From assembly GCA_963796955.1 (NCBI GenBank), contig CAWCNJ010000006.1, forward strand, positions 96,001-160,000: a stretch of 64,000 nt of DNA. The letters are read 5' to 3'. How positions within the stretch are numbered: the stretch's first letter is position 1; every line of letters begins with the position of its first letter. Shown here one piece after another: positions 20,901 through 35,900 of the stretch. The position numbers and the translations under genes are program-made. The DNA is from Endomicrobiales bacterium (GTDB lineage Bacteria > Elusimicrobiota > Endomicrobiia > Endomicrobiales > JALOBY01). The notes under the pieces were generated by a model. It searched no databases, had not been told where the DNA came from, and worked only from the letters and a program-made list of their open reading frames with translations.

Positions 20901-23900
20901 AAGATAGTTATGGTTTAACGTCGGCTACGTCAGCTGCGCTTGGAGTTAATGGAAGCAGTGGCACGGCTGTCCTTGCGTACGATACATTCTTCGATCCTCA
21001 TACGGTCCGGCTGGACCCGTCCGCCGGGACCGGATTGTGGGGTGGCAACATAATCAGCGGCGATTTTGATAATGACGGGTATCAGGATATCGCCACATGC
21101 GGAGCCAATGCTGTGGCATCTGCGGGGCATCTTGATGTCTTATTCTACGATCACGTCTCCGGCACATTCGGCAGCCCCGTAATTCAGGGCAATATGTGGG
21201 GCCATATTCAGACCGCGGATTTCAATAATGACGGATCGCTCGACATTGTGGCTATCGTTGAAGATTTCAATGACTATTCCAACAGGGTATACACGATAAA
21301 TAATCTCGGCGGGCGCGTGTTTGGTACGCCAACGGATATAAGCCCCGGGTTGTCGCCATCTATCACAAATGCCACCGTTGCCTGTGGAGATTACGATAAT
21401 GACGGCAGTCCTGATATCGCGGTTGCCGGCACTATAGGAGGCGGGGCTCACATGTACGCTTTGCATAATAACGGCAATGGCTCCTTCGACCCGACGCCCA
21501 GAGACATTCTATATCCCGGCAATGGCACGAGTGCTATTGGCGGATTAGCGTGGGGCGATTACAACAACGACGGCTATTTGGACCTACTGGCGACCGATAA
21601 CGGTTACAACTATTGTGTTTTCAAAAACAACAGCAATTGCACGTTCAACTACGTTTCCCTGAGCGCAGGCGCAGATCATTATGGGGCATGGGCAGATTAT
21701 GACAATGACGGTAACATAGACATAGTAATCTCGGGCGCTGTTGTGAGGAACAAAGGCGATGGCTCTGCGAATCCCTTCGATCCATCGCTCGTAGTTATTG
21801 ATCCCAATTGTTCTTTATATGCCGGAGATCTGGCCGTAGGCGATCTGAACAACGATGGCAACATAGATATGGCGATTTTTGGCGAATATAATTATCAGGC
21901 CAGCGATTGCCGCATGCAGGCATATTTAAACAAAGGCAATGGTAGTTTCGACCCTCAACAACATGCGTTTATGCCTGGTTTAGGCTTATACGATGGCGGC
22001 ATCACACTTGCAGATTTTGACGGGGATGGCGACCTGGATATGGCGGCGTGCGGCATGGATTCCAGTGGCAATCTCTTTTGTGGTCTCTTCACTTCAAAAT
22101 ATACACAGATGTTCAGCGCCAACACCGCGCCCGTGCCGCCCGCAATATCCAGTATGACGTTCGTCTACAGCGGCTACACGACGGCAAAAAGCACATTTAC
22201 CATAACCTGGCACCCGGCACAATACGATGTGGGCCATTCTTCCAACTCTGTTTACTTCAATGTTGAGGCGTCAACGTTCCCGACCACGCTTTCCACCGAT
22301 AGGCTGCGCCTGGCCACCACGGGCCACTATCAGGAGGCTTGGAACTTCGGCACACCCAACATGGGTAACTTCATTCGCCCATCGGTATCCACCAGCTGGG
22401 CCGGCGTAACCGGCACGCAGATGGTGGGCTACTTGTTCCAGCCATCAACCAGCGCATTTACGTTTAACACAACGTATTACTTCCGAGTACAGACCATAGA
22501 CAGTAGTCTTGCGCGCAGCACCTGGTCTGTGGAACAATCATACTATTGCGGCGACACCACGCCGCCCGCCGCTTTAACCAACCTTGCGGCGATAACCGGT
22601 TTCGGCCCTGGCACAATAAATCTTACATGGACCTCGCCGGGCGATGACGGCATAAGCGGCAACATAGTGGGTGGCGCTTACAAGATACGTTATTCCACTT
22701 ACACGCCGTCATCATGGAATGACGCGGCTTCAAACTGGACTGATTATCTAAATAAATACCAGATAACGATCGCCACAAATTCTACGCCCGGCGTAACGCA
22801 GTCGTACTTGTTAACGGGCCTGACGGGCGGTGTCACCTATTACGTCCGCGCCTGGACGCGCGACGAAGTGGGTGTAGACAGCACCAGCTGGAACGGCAAC
22901 TGGTCGGCGCTGTCGAATGGTGCGACATGCTGGGCGCAAATAAACCATGCGCCGAACGCCCCGACGAATCTAGCGCAACTTGATAGTTCACTGGTAAATC
23001 TTTCATCCTTCAGCTGGACGAACTCGGGCACTATAATTTCGTCGTTTACGATAACCGACCCCGACGCCGGCCAGCAGGTGAAATATCATATTCAGATAAC
23101 AACTGTTTCCAGCAGCGGCCTTGCCACGTGGACGAGCGGTTACTTCCTGAACTACACTTCGTCGCTGTTGAACCAGGGAACAACAACTTACACATGGTCC
23201 GCGCTTACGGCCGGCAACTTCTACTGGTGGAGGGTGTGGACTGAAGATGCAGGCGGCCTTACGTCGTCAACCTCAACATTGCTTGGTGTTAGCGGCAGCG
23301 GCGGCCCGGCGGTGTTGGCGTATAAAACTATGTTCGATCCTGTAGCGCTACAGCCGGATCCTGGGTTTAGTCCTAACGGCCAGGTTGATGTTAGCTCTGT
23401 GTGGGGCGATTTCGATAATGACGGATATCAGGACATTGCTGTAACAGGTAACAATTACACCGGGGAGGTTTTGTTCTATGACCATACCTCCGGCACATTC
23501 CCAGCTAAAACACAGATCGGGCAGTTAAGCGGACGCATACAGGCTGTAGATTACAATAACGATGGATCGCTTGATCTGGTGTTTGCGGGTTATGATAACA
23601 GCGTTTATGAGCAAAGATGCCGCGTTATTAAGAACCTTGGCGGCAAGGCATTCGCGGCGCCGGCTGATGTTGTGTCGGGCCTTACGGTAGGTAATTTTAT
23701 GATCGCCGCGGCAGATTACGATAACGACGGGTATGCCGATATCGCACTTTGCGGCGGCGGAACTGGTAACGCTTTGTTTGTTTATACCATTCACAACAAT
23801 GGCGATGCTACATTTGGCAACGTCGTGTTGTTAGACACCGGTGGTAACAGCTATTACGGTTATGTGCCAGTTGCCTGGGGCGACATTAATAACGATGGCT

Positions 23901-26900
23901 ACCTGGATCTGCTGGCGAACATGAGTAGTACCAGGGAACTATGCGTTTACAAAAATAATTGCAACGGTACGCTGAACCATACGCCGATAGTGCCCGTGCC
24001 GGCCATGTCATATAACAGCCAGGTTGCATTTGCGGATTTCAACAATGACGGCAACCTTGATATTGTGTTGACTGGTCAACCCGGGATTAATTTTATTAAG
24101 AACACCGGCAGCGGAAATAATCCGTTTGATCCTTCATATACCACAGTGGCAGGCAATGCCACCGGCGGCTATTTTGGGATTGGCGACCTTAACAATGATG
24201 GGTACCCCGATGTAATGCTTGAAGGCGAGAATAACTATCATAGTGACGACTTAAATTTCATGGCCTATTTAAATAAAAGCGGTAATTTCGATCAGGATTA
24301 CGTTGAAGTTGTCCCGGGCGGCGGTGTGGACAGAGGTAGTATAACTTTCGCAGATTTTGACGCTGACGGCGATCTGGATGTTCTCAGGCAGGGTATGGAC
24401 GCAAACAGTGTAACCTCGCTAAGTGTATTTAAATCTAAGTACGCCGATATGAATGGCGCAAATATTGCGCCAGTGCCGCCCTCCGGCCTTGCCTGCCAGC
24501 CGGTTTACGCAACAACGGGTTCAACCGTAACGGTAACCTGGCCTGTTGCGCAGTATGATGCCGGCATCTCTTCGTGCGCGTTGTCTTTTCAGGTTGTTAT
24601 ATCCTCCGTTCCAATGACGTTGGATACCTCTAAAAAACTTGTAACAGCGCCAGGAGCATTTCTAAACAGCTGGACCTCGGAAGGCGATGGCTACGGAAGT
24701 TTTAACCGGCCAGCTGTAAAAGCCTGGGGCCTGGAACCAGCCGTTAAGTTTGGTTACCAGATGCGTATTAGCACAACGCAAATTGCTGTGGCAACAACCT
24801 ATTATTACCGCGTGCAAACTATAGATTCCAGCCTGGCACGAAGCACCTGGTCTGCTGAAAGTATCATATACTTTGTGGCCAACAGTTCGCCGGCGGCTAT
24901 TACCAATCTTTCTGCGTTAACAGGCAATTCAGCCGGTGAGATAAGCTTAAGCTGGGCATCTCCCGGAGCAGATGGAGCCATGAACGATATTTACGGCGGG
25001 GCGTTCAAGATACGTTATTCCACCTATACCACGGCCTCCGCCGGTTTCTGGTTGGACGCGGCCTCTAACTGGACGGACCAGGCCAACAAGTATCAGGTGA
25101 CCATTAACACTAATACTACGCCAGGCGCAATCCAATACTATACACTTGTTGGACTGTTGCCGGGTGTGACATATTATGTGCGTACCTGGACGCGCGATGA
25201 AGTCGGCGTAGACAGCACCAGCTGGAACGGTAACTGGTCTACTCTATCTAATGGCGCGACGGCCTGGGCTATGACAACAACAATGCCTGCCGGTATTACC
25301 GACCTTGTGGCCACAAACAATAGTGCGCTCAGCACCGTTTTGCTAACATGGACGGCCCCGGGCGGTAACGGCCAGACGGCAGGCCTTCTAAGCGGTTCTG
25401 CTTTTAAGATAGCGTATTCCACCGTAAATGTGATATCCGCTGATAACTTTAACGTCTTGCCTTCGACCATGGCAATACAAACCATAACTATCTCAACGGT
25501 TGCCGCGGCCATGAGCCCGCAAAGCTATAATGTTGGCGGCCTTGTAAACAACACCAAATATTGGTTTGCCATAAAGACCATGAACTCGGTCGGAAATTGG
25601 TCTGTCTGGCAGTCGTCGGCAGATGTTGCCGCCGATAACACACTTGCCAGCACGGTGTGTTCTTACGCTAATGTTGCCCCTACTATATCCAGCCTGCAAA
25701 CGTTAAACGGTTCGTTCATTCCCATCAACTGGACAAACGCCGGCACCGTAATTTCATCGTTTACCATAAGCGATGCTAATGTTGGCCAGCTGGTAAGGTA
25801 CAACGTCCAGATAACATCGCTCACGACGAATGGGGCGGCGGACTGGTCAGGTATATTTGTCAGCACCCGCTCAGCTTTAGTCAACCAGGGCGTTGAAACC
25901 TTTACCTGGCCCGCTCTTAATTCCAATGCCACCTTCTACTGGTGGCGCGCCTGGGCGGAAGACATAAATGGGGCAGTATCTTCCACCACAACGGTTTCAG
26001 TTAGCGGCGACAAGGCCTTGGTGGCGAACAGGTCTATGTTTGATCCTGGTTACATCGCCCTTGACGCCGGCACACCGGCACCGGATTATGGAAAAACAGT
26101 CACTTTTGGTGATTTTAACGGCGACGGGTACCAGGACATAGCGACAGCGGGCTATCGCGATGCCGGCGGGTATACAGACATTACAAGAGTATTTCTAAAT
26201 AACGGCACGGGTGACGGTACTTTTAACGCGTCGTATATTACGCCGCCGCTACAAGCAGGCAATACCAGAAATATAATGAGATGGGGCGACTTCAATAATG
26301 ACGGTAATCTGGACCTGGTGCTTGGCGGATTCAACAAGCGCCTTGCTATTTGCCAGAACAACGGGGCCGGCGACTTTAACAACCCGCCGATCTACCTTGA
26401 TCCTGATGCCAGTTTCTGGTGTTGCAACGGTGCAGGTGCCGTTGGTGATGTGGATAATGACGGCCAGCTGGACATAGTGGTAAGTGGAAATACCAATACT
26501 TCCGTCCTGATGCGTATATACCGCAATAATGGCGACGGCACATTTACGCAAAGCGAGCCTCAGGCCGGGTGGGGTACCAATACAGGCGCATTGTCGTTGG
26601 TGGATGTTGATAATAACGGCAGTTTGGATATCGCGATGGGTGGTATTGACACCAACAGCGCTCCAGCATTCCGCATTTACAGGAATAACGGCAATGGAAC
26701 CTATACATCTTACATTACGCCGGAAACTATCGATACGCCGTTTACAAGCATTTATACTGCCTGGGCAGATTTTGACAACGATGGCTTGCTGGATTGCGCT
26801 TTGGAAGGCGATGGCGTAGTGCGGCAGTACCATAATAACGGCAACAACACTTTTACCAGGTCGTCAATAACAAGCGATGTGTATTATAACGGCGCTATTG

Positions 26901-29900
26901 ATGCCGCTGATCTTAACAGCGATGGTTTTGTTGATGTTATCGTTACCGGCCGTGACGCCGGCTTTATAAGAGACCTGAAGACCTATCTAAACAATGGTAA
27001 CGGAACATTTGCCGCAGGCGATAGTATTCTGCCCGGTTGGGGCGTAGGCGGCACAAATTATTATGATAACGGCAGTATGGAAGCTGCCGATACGAACAAC
27101 GACGGTTTTCCCGACCTGGCAGCATATGGAGAAGACACCGCTCATACCGTATCATTGCGCGTATTTACCAACAAAGAAGCTGCTTTAGGCAATACGAACA
27201 CGGCTCCCGTGCCGCCTGGAATTTCCAATATGACGTTTACCTACAGCGCCTCAAGAAGCACATTTACCGTAACGTGGCAGCCGTCTCGGTATGATGTGGG
27301 CCATTCCTCCAACTCGGTTTATTATAATGTGGAAGTTTCCACTTATCCCACAACACTGCGATCAGACAAAAAGCGCATCGTAAATTCAAACAAGTTCGTA
27401 GAAACCTGGGATTTTGGCAGCCCGAATCTGGGTAGTTTCATCCGCCCGTCTGTTTCCACCAGCTGGGCAGGCGTTAGCGGTACATCGATGGTGGGTTATA
27501 CGATCGCACCCTCAACAAACAATTACCTGTTGAACGCCACCACCTTCTATTTCCGCATTCAGACAATAGATTCCGGATTAATGCGCAGTACCTGGTCGGC
27601 GGAGTTCTCATGCCTTGCTTCAACGAACATTGCACCTGCTGGTCCTGCAGGCATAACGGATCTTTATGCAGCAAACAACGCCGGCATCAGCGGCATTTCG
27701 CTGACTTGGACAGCCTCCGGCGACGCTGGCCAAAGCGGCAACCTTACCAGCGGCTCGGCTTTCAAGATAGAATATTCGACAGTAGGAATAATTACCACCG
27801 GCAATTTCGATACGCCGCCTGCAAACCTTGCCGTGACAACGATCAATATCTCTACAACGACAACGGCACAAAGCCGCCAGAGCTGGAGCCTGCCCGGGCT
27901 GCTTAATAACACCACCTACTGGTTCGCGATTAAGACAGAAAACAGCGAAGGCCAGTGGTCAACGTGGCAGTCATCAGCTGATGTGGCGGCTTACAATTTA
28001 TTCTCAAGCACTGTTTGCCTCTATTCGAATGTTGCACCCGATGCGCCCGCAAATCTTGTTCAGATAGATGGCACACTGGGCAATGTATCTTCATTTACCT
28101 GGACAAGTTCCGGCAACATTGTTTCGTCGTTCACGATAACCGATCCAAATGGCGGCCAGCAGGTGCGCTACCACATACAGGTTTCAACGGTTTCGGATTT
28201 TGTGTCTGGCCTTGCCACGTGGACTAGCGGCTACTTCCTTAACTACACATCGTCATATTTGAACCAGGGAACAACGACATATGCATGGCCTGCCCTTACA
28301 GCCGGTAAATTCTACTGGTGGCGCGCGTGGGTGGAAGATGCTTATGGCCTTGCATCATCCACTTCTTCGGTGCTCTTAAGCGGCGGCACCGCGGCATTCG
28401 CTTACAAGACCTCATTTGATCCGCAGGGCAGCAATCCAATACCATGGACGGCGAACGCGTCAGCCAATGGCCAATTTACCTTTGGAGATTATAACAACGA
28501 CGGTTACCCTGACCTTGCAATATGGGGCGACGACCCTACGGCGAAACTGCACGTTTACAACAATTTGGGCGGTGGATCTTTTAACGCGACACCGGTGCAG
28601 CCAGCTTCCGGCTTTGGCGTCGATCACACTTCAAATGACGCTTGCAGCTGGGGAGATTTCAACAACGATGGTTACCTGGACCTTGCGGTTTCGGGCTGGG
28701 GCAGTGGGTCAGCATACACCTGTGAAGTTTTCAAAAATAACGGAAGCGGGGGTTTTGCAGCGACACCGATATTGCCAATAACCGGCTGGGGCGTTGCGTA
28801 TAGCCCATCTGTCGCCTGGGGCGATATTAATAATGACGGCAATCTGGATCTTGCTGTTATGGGTGGTTATAATGCTGTCAACTTCCTTCGTATCTTCAAG
28901 AACAAAGGAGATGGAACTTTTGACACGAATTATATTGAGCCAACCCCCGGCTGGTCGCCAAAATCGGGTTATATAAACGGAAGCCTTACTTTTGCCGACA
29001 TCAACAACGATGGAGCCATGGACCTTATTGTGGGCGTAGATGCTCCGGGCACGGAAGGAAGGGTTTACCTGAACAAGGGAGACGGCACCTTTAACCCGGC
29101 TTACGTATCGATAGACGCTGCCAAGACGGTCTGCGGTGATCTTGACAATGATGGATGGATAGATCTGGCTATGTCGGAATACAATAATATCAGGATCTAC
29201 ACCAACAACCACAGTGGCGGTTTTACCACAAGCACTTTGCCAAACTCAAACTATAATGACGGGATCCTTGCCTGCGGCGATTTTGACGGTGATGGTTTCC
29301 TGGATTTAGCGGCGGCGGGGCAGGTTCTTAACAATAATGCCAATTCTGCTTCATTGAAGATAATACGCAATAACGGCGCTGGAAGCTATGCGGCGGCTGT
29401 GGATGTTTTCCCGGGCTGGGGCCTGTTTAGCTCCTGCATAGGTGCCATCGATTACGAAAACGATGGAGACCTGGATATAGCCGTTTGCGGCACCGACAGG
29501 AACAACAGCAGCAATGTTTTCAGGATATTAAAAAACACACAAGCGCAGATGTCCAACGCCAATGTGGCGCCCACTCCGCCCGCAGGCATAACGGCTTTGT
29601 CTTCTTACGACCTTAATATCGCGTCCATAACCCTATGCTGGACGCCCGCGCAATATGATGTAAGCCATTCGTCTAACTCCATTTATTATAACGTGGAGAT
29701 GTCCACATTCCCTACAACGCTTTCCGGTGATAATCTGCGCCTGGCAACCAACGGCCGCTACACTTTGCCCTGGGACTTTGGCAACCAAACCCTTGGCTCA
29801 TACGTCCGCCCGCCGGTAAAACAGTGGCCGGGTTCGTCTCAGCCAACACACGGAACTGCCTTTAATGTTTCACTTGCCGCTTTAGGCGCGAACCCTACAT

Positions 29901-32900
29901 ATTATTACCGCGTTCAGACCATTGACAGCGGCCTTATGCGCAGCACCTGGTCGGCGGAATACCAAGTTTGTATTCCCGCGCCCTCTGCCCCCAATGCGCC
30001 CACAGGTTTAACGCAGTATATTGTCGGTGGCTCCACGCTTGTAACGTTTGGCTGGGCTGGCAAGACGGGCGATGTTGTAGCTTCGTCATTTACCATAACT
30101 GACCCTAACGGAAGCACGCAGGTTAAATACCATATTCAGATAACCTCCGTAACGCCGCAAAATTCGCCTCTTTGGAGCCAGGGTTTGTTCGTGGATTATA
30201 CTTCCGGCTGGCTTACTCAGGGCTCAACAACCTATTCCTGGCCGGCACCGCCCAATGGCGGCAGGTACTGGTGGCGTGTATACGCGATAAACCAGAGCAG
30301 CGTGGCATCCTCCGCCGCGACACTGCTTCTCGATGGTTCGAACCCAGTAATATCTTTAAAAACGGACATAGACCCGATAGGCGCCGACATTGTGCCCGGC
30401 CTTGGGGTTACAGACGGTTCTTTAGAGCTTGGTGATTTTGATAACAACGGAACGCTTGACCTTGCGGTTATCGGTTGGAACGGCACCGGCCAGATATGCC
30501 GCGTATATAAAAATAACGGGGACGGGACATTTAACCAGACACCGGTTTCACCGATCACAGGCTTTGGCGCCGAACGCGGCCAGGCCGCCTGGGGAGATTT
30601 CAACAATGACGGCTATTTGGATCTCGCCGTTTGCGGCAATGGCTCCACCCGGTCGTGTTATGTTTTCCGCAACAAAGGGAACAGCACGTTTGACTCTACA
30701 CCCATACAGCCACAAACAGGCTTCACAGCAAGATGGGCCGCTATAGCCTGGGGCGATTTCAATGGCGACGGTTACCTTGACCTTGCCGTAACCGGCAGGG
30801 ATGACTCGAACAATTACAAGTTCTATACATTTAATAATTTTGGCAACGGCAGCTTTAATCAAACGCCTGTAGAGCCCGATCCAGGCTGGGGCGTTGGCAA
30901 CTACCAATCAGGCCTGGCCTGCGCGGATTACGATAACAATGGCACCCTGGACCTTGCAATTACGGGACTGGCTCAAAATGGTAGCGGTTATGCGCGAATT
31001 TACAAGGGTTATGGCAATGGAACATTCAATCCTGCGTTCGTAAATCCCGACGTAAACAGCGATACGTTCCTTGGCACGAACGCATTCGCAGATTATAACA
31101 ATGACGGTAATCTGGATCTGGCGATAGCTGCCGGCACATTCAGGATAGATACAAACAAAGGCGACGGCACTTTTAACGCTACTCCAGTTATGCCTGAAGG
31201 CAGCGGCGGTTACCAACGTGCCGCTACCAATGGTTATATGGCAAGCCTTGCCTGGGGCGACCTTAACAATGACGGTAAGCCTGACTTGGTAATGAACGGC
31301 GCGACTATTGGCGGCACAAACACCTCACGCACATACACTAACAACGGGAACGGCACATTTACCGCGGCTGATATTTCTCCGGGTTGGGGTGTTAATGGCG
31401 CTGTGGCCATCGGAGATATTGACAACGACGGCGACGAAGATATTATTGCAGAGGGCACTCAGGCTTCTAACAGCGCAATATACTTGCGTGCCTTCCGTAA
31501 CAGAAACAACGATATGGGCAATGTTAACGTTGCACCCAGCGCCCCAAGCGGTATGTTGTCGCAGGTTTCGTATTCTGTAACATCATCCACCATAATTATC
31601 ACCTGGCCGCCATCTCAATACGACAGCGGCATGTCTTCCTGCTCGCTTTCTTATCAGGTAGCTGTTGCCACGATGTCTATGACGCTGGCCTCGAACCAGA
31701 CGTTGATACAATCCCCCACATCATTCATGACCCCATGGGCCAGTGAAGGCGACAGCTACGGCACATTCAACCGCCCGCCGGTAAAGGTGTGGGGAACAGA
31801 TGTTACGCCTAAACATGGCTACCAGCTGAACTTAAGCACCAACTCAATAAAAGCCAACACCACCTATTATTACCGCGTGCAGACAATAGACAGCAGCCTT
31901 GCAAGAAGCAACTGGTCAACGGAATTTACGTATTTCACGGGCACACCGCCCTCTGGCGTAACAGACCTGTATGCAACCGCCGGCGGAATCGGCACTGGTG
32001 CCGTAATGCTAACATGGACGGCCCCCGGCGATGCCGGCCAAATTGGTAACCTAGCCACTGGCTCAGCGTTCAAGATCGAGTATTCATCGGTTGGCATTAT
32101 CAATTCCAGCACGTTTACTTCGCCGCCGGCGAGCCTTGCCGTTAAGAGCATTACTATATCCACTAACACCACCGCCATGAGCCCGCAAAGCTACAACGTT
32201 ACGGGACTTATCGGCAGTACCACCTATTGGTTCACCCTGGAAACAGAAAACGCCGAGGGCGTGTGGTCTGTCTGGCAGTCATCGGCAGATGTCGCCGCCT
32301 ACAACGACTTTGCCTGGGCTTATACAAATTATGTAAATCTCGCCCCGAATGCGCCGTTCAACCTTGCGCAGATAGACGGCAGCCTCGGCAATATCTCGTC
32401 GTTTACGTGGACGAATTCCGGCAACATTGTTTCGTCGTTTACTATAACCGACCCCAATGTTGGCGATCAGGTGCGGTTTGATATTCAGATCACCTCGGTA
32501 ACAACAAATGAAGCCGCCGATTGGACGAGATTGTTCGTTAGCACTCGTTCAGCGCTGATGAACCAGGGAACCACAACCTACACCTGGCCAACGCTCAATC
32601 CCAACGCCTTCTACTGGTGGCGCGTCTGGGCGGAAGATAGTTTTGGCTTAACGTCGGCTACATCTGCCGCGCTTGGTGTTATTGGCAGCACGGGCCCTGC
32701 GGTAGTTGCATACAAAACGCCGTTTAATGCGGCTTACCTAGAGCCTACTCCCGGCTGGGGATTTGGGTGGTGGACAGCACTTGCCTGGGGCGACTTGAAT
32801 GGCGATGGTTACCAAGACCTTGCAGTGATCGGTACGGATGTTAGTTATACACGCACTCTGAGAGTGTATTTAAACAATGGCGATGGCACCGGATCCATGA

Positions 32901-35900
32901 ATCCATCTTACATAGTACCCGAGGCTGGTGTTGGCTTGGCCCTGGGAGATTTAGCGTGGGGTGATTTTAATAATGATGGAAATATGGACCTTGCGGTTAC
33001 CGGATTTAACGGCAGTGACCCCGGCCTGCTAAGAGTTTATGTTAACAACGGCTCCGGTGGCTTTAGTGCCAGCCACGTTGATCCCATCCCTGGCTGGGGC
33101 AGATACGGGAGCGCTGTTGCCTGGGGCGACTATGATAATGACGGCAACCTTGACCTGGCGATGATGGGTTCCGACGGCGGCCCTGTCAGCGACGGTGTAT
33201 TTAGAATATTCCGCAACAAAGGCGATGGAACATTTGACCCTAACTTTATTGAGCCGCAAACAGGCTGGGGTATGTCAAGTGGCCGTATGTGCTGGGCAGA
33301 TTACAACAACGACGGCGATCTGGATATATCTTTATGCGGCAATAACACAAGCGGTGCGACTGAGGTGCGTGTATATAGAAACAATGGCAATGGCACATTT
33401 AACCCGACGCCAGCCTTTGTAAAGAGCGGTATTGGTGACATAGCCTGGGGCGATTACAGTAATGGCGGTTTCCTGGACATGTGTGTTTATGATATGGCCG
33501 CTGGCATACAGATTTATTCAAACACTGGTAGCGGTTCTCTTAGCGGAACACCAACAAATATCTGTTCCGACGGCGGCGGCATGTGGAGCATAAAGCTAGC
33601 TGCTGCTGATTATGATAACGACGGCAACATTGATGTGGCGGCTTCAGGGCAAATTGGCAGCCTTAACATGGGCAACGTAAGATTCCTTCATAACAACGGA
33701 AATTCCACATTCTCAGGTTCACGTTCAACGCCCCTGCCTGGTTTGGGAATTAACGGTACTCTCGCGCTATCAGATAATAATAACGACGGCGATGTTGATA
33801 TAGCCGCAGCCGGTGTAAGTCAAGCCGGCGACAGATGTTTCCTTGGCATTTTCCAAAACATGGAAGCCCAGATGGGCAATGCCAATACACCGCCCATGCC
33901 GCCCTCTGCCAGCATAAACTTTAATTACAGCGGCTTTGCAACGCAGAAGAGTACCTTCACCATAACCTGGCAGCCAAGCCAGTACGATGTGGGCCACTCG
34001 TCTAACTCTATTTACTTTAATGTTGAAGCCTCCACATTCCCGACGACACTTGGCAGCGGCGACAAACGCATAGCCACCACCGGCCGTTTTGCACAATCCT
34101 GGAACTTCGGCAGCCCCAACCTTGGCAGCTTCATACGCCCGGCTATCTCCACCAGCTGGGCCGGCGCAACAGGCACAAGCATTGTGGGCTATACTTTCGC
34201 GCCCTCAACCAGCGCGTTCGTATATAACACCACATACTATTTCCGAATTCAGACAATTGATTCCGGCTTAATGCGCAGCACCTGGTCTGCCGAATGTAAA
34301 TGCCAATCCGCCGTGCCGCCAGCCGTTGTAACAGACCTTTATGCTACCGCCGGCGGCATAGGTTCTGGCGCGGTAATGCTTACCTGGACAGCCCCCGGCG
34401 ATGCCGGACAGACCGGAAACCTTACAGCAGGCTCGGCGTTTAAGATAGAATACTCCACTGTTGGCATTATCAATTCAAGCACATTCACTTCGCCGCCGGC
34501 AAATCTTGCGGTGAAGACGGTAACGATCTCAACCAACACCACCGCCATGAGCCTGCAAAGCTACAACATAACGGGCCTAATTGGCAGCACCACCTACTGG
34601 TTCGCCTTGGAAACTGAAAATGCCGAGGGTGGCTGGTCCATCTGGCAATCATCAGCCGATGTTGCCGCCTACAACCTGTACGCCAGCACCTGCACGGCGT
34701 TTATACCGCCCGCCATGATATATCGTTCCGTTGGGCCCGGCAGCACAACTGCATTAGTTACGGGCGCGGGAAATGGGCTTGTTATTTCCGGCAGTACCGC
34801 GACATTCGATAGCGGCCTTCCAAATAAAGTAGGCGTAGGTGATGCCATACAGTACGATGCTAACAACGATGGTACTGTTGATGCTATTCTCTTTATTTCA
34901 AGCAGAACGTCGGCGACAAGTTATACTGTGCAAAGCGCTGATGGCAAAACTGCACCAACTGCTACATCGGTAAAAACCAACACCTGGTCGGTATTTAGAT
35001 CGTACACATCTTTGCATAATGTGCTTCAGTCACTGACGGTAAACAGCGGCATTAGCGGCCTGGTAAGCGGTAGCGTTAACCCGGGCATAAACCTGGTGTC
35101 AAATAATGTGCAGCTGAATATCGCCTGTTACGGTGATGCGGCCGACACCACCAAGGTAGCTTTTAGCGGAATGTGGGTAACAAGCCCATCGAATAAGATC
35201 AGGATATTTACACCAGTTTCCAGCGGCGAGGCCGGCGTCAGTCAGCGCCATACAGGTATATGGGATACGGGCAAATATTACATTGAGAGTGGCAATGGGC
35301 ATATCCTCTTGTTAGAAGTTAACTATATAGTAGTTGATGGTTTGCAAGTACATCTTAACTCAACTAGCAGTTCCGATACACGAGCAATAGGAATGAGTAC
35401 ACCCGCAGGCGCTTGCGATATCACTGTTGAGAACTGTATAGTAAGAGGTTCTACGAGTACCAGTAATACATATGACTACTTCGGTGGCATTGTTGATGGA
35501 GGCGGAAGCGGAACTGGCGTGATAAAGATAGTAAACAATATAGTATATGATTTCGCTGCGGGTGGCGGGGGGATTACTCACGTTGGCATTGCAGGGGTTG
35601 ATGGCGGTGTCTGGTACTACGTTTATAATAATACGGTATATAATTGTAAGGATGGTTTATTTTTTGGCGGTAACGACACTCTTAAAAATAACATCTCGTA
35701 TGGAAACTCAGAGTCAAATTACAACAATGCCGGTGTTGGCAATAATAATAACCTTTCCGGCCCTACGCTGGCGGATGCACCAGGTACAAACCCCCTTAAC
35801 AGCGCTCCCGTGCAATTTGTTGATGCCAACCGCTACGACTTGCGCCTTAGTGTAAGCGAAAGCTCCGCTACCGATAAGGGCGCTAACCTTTCGTCCGACG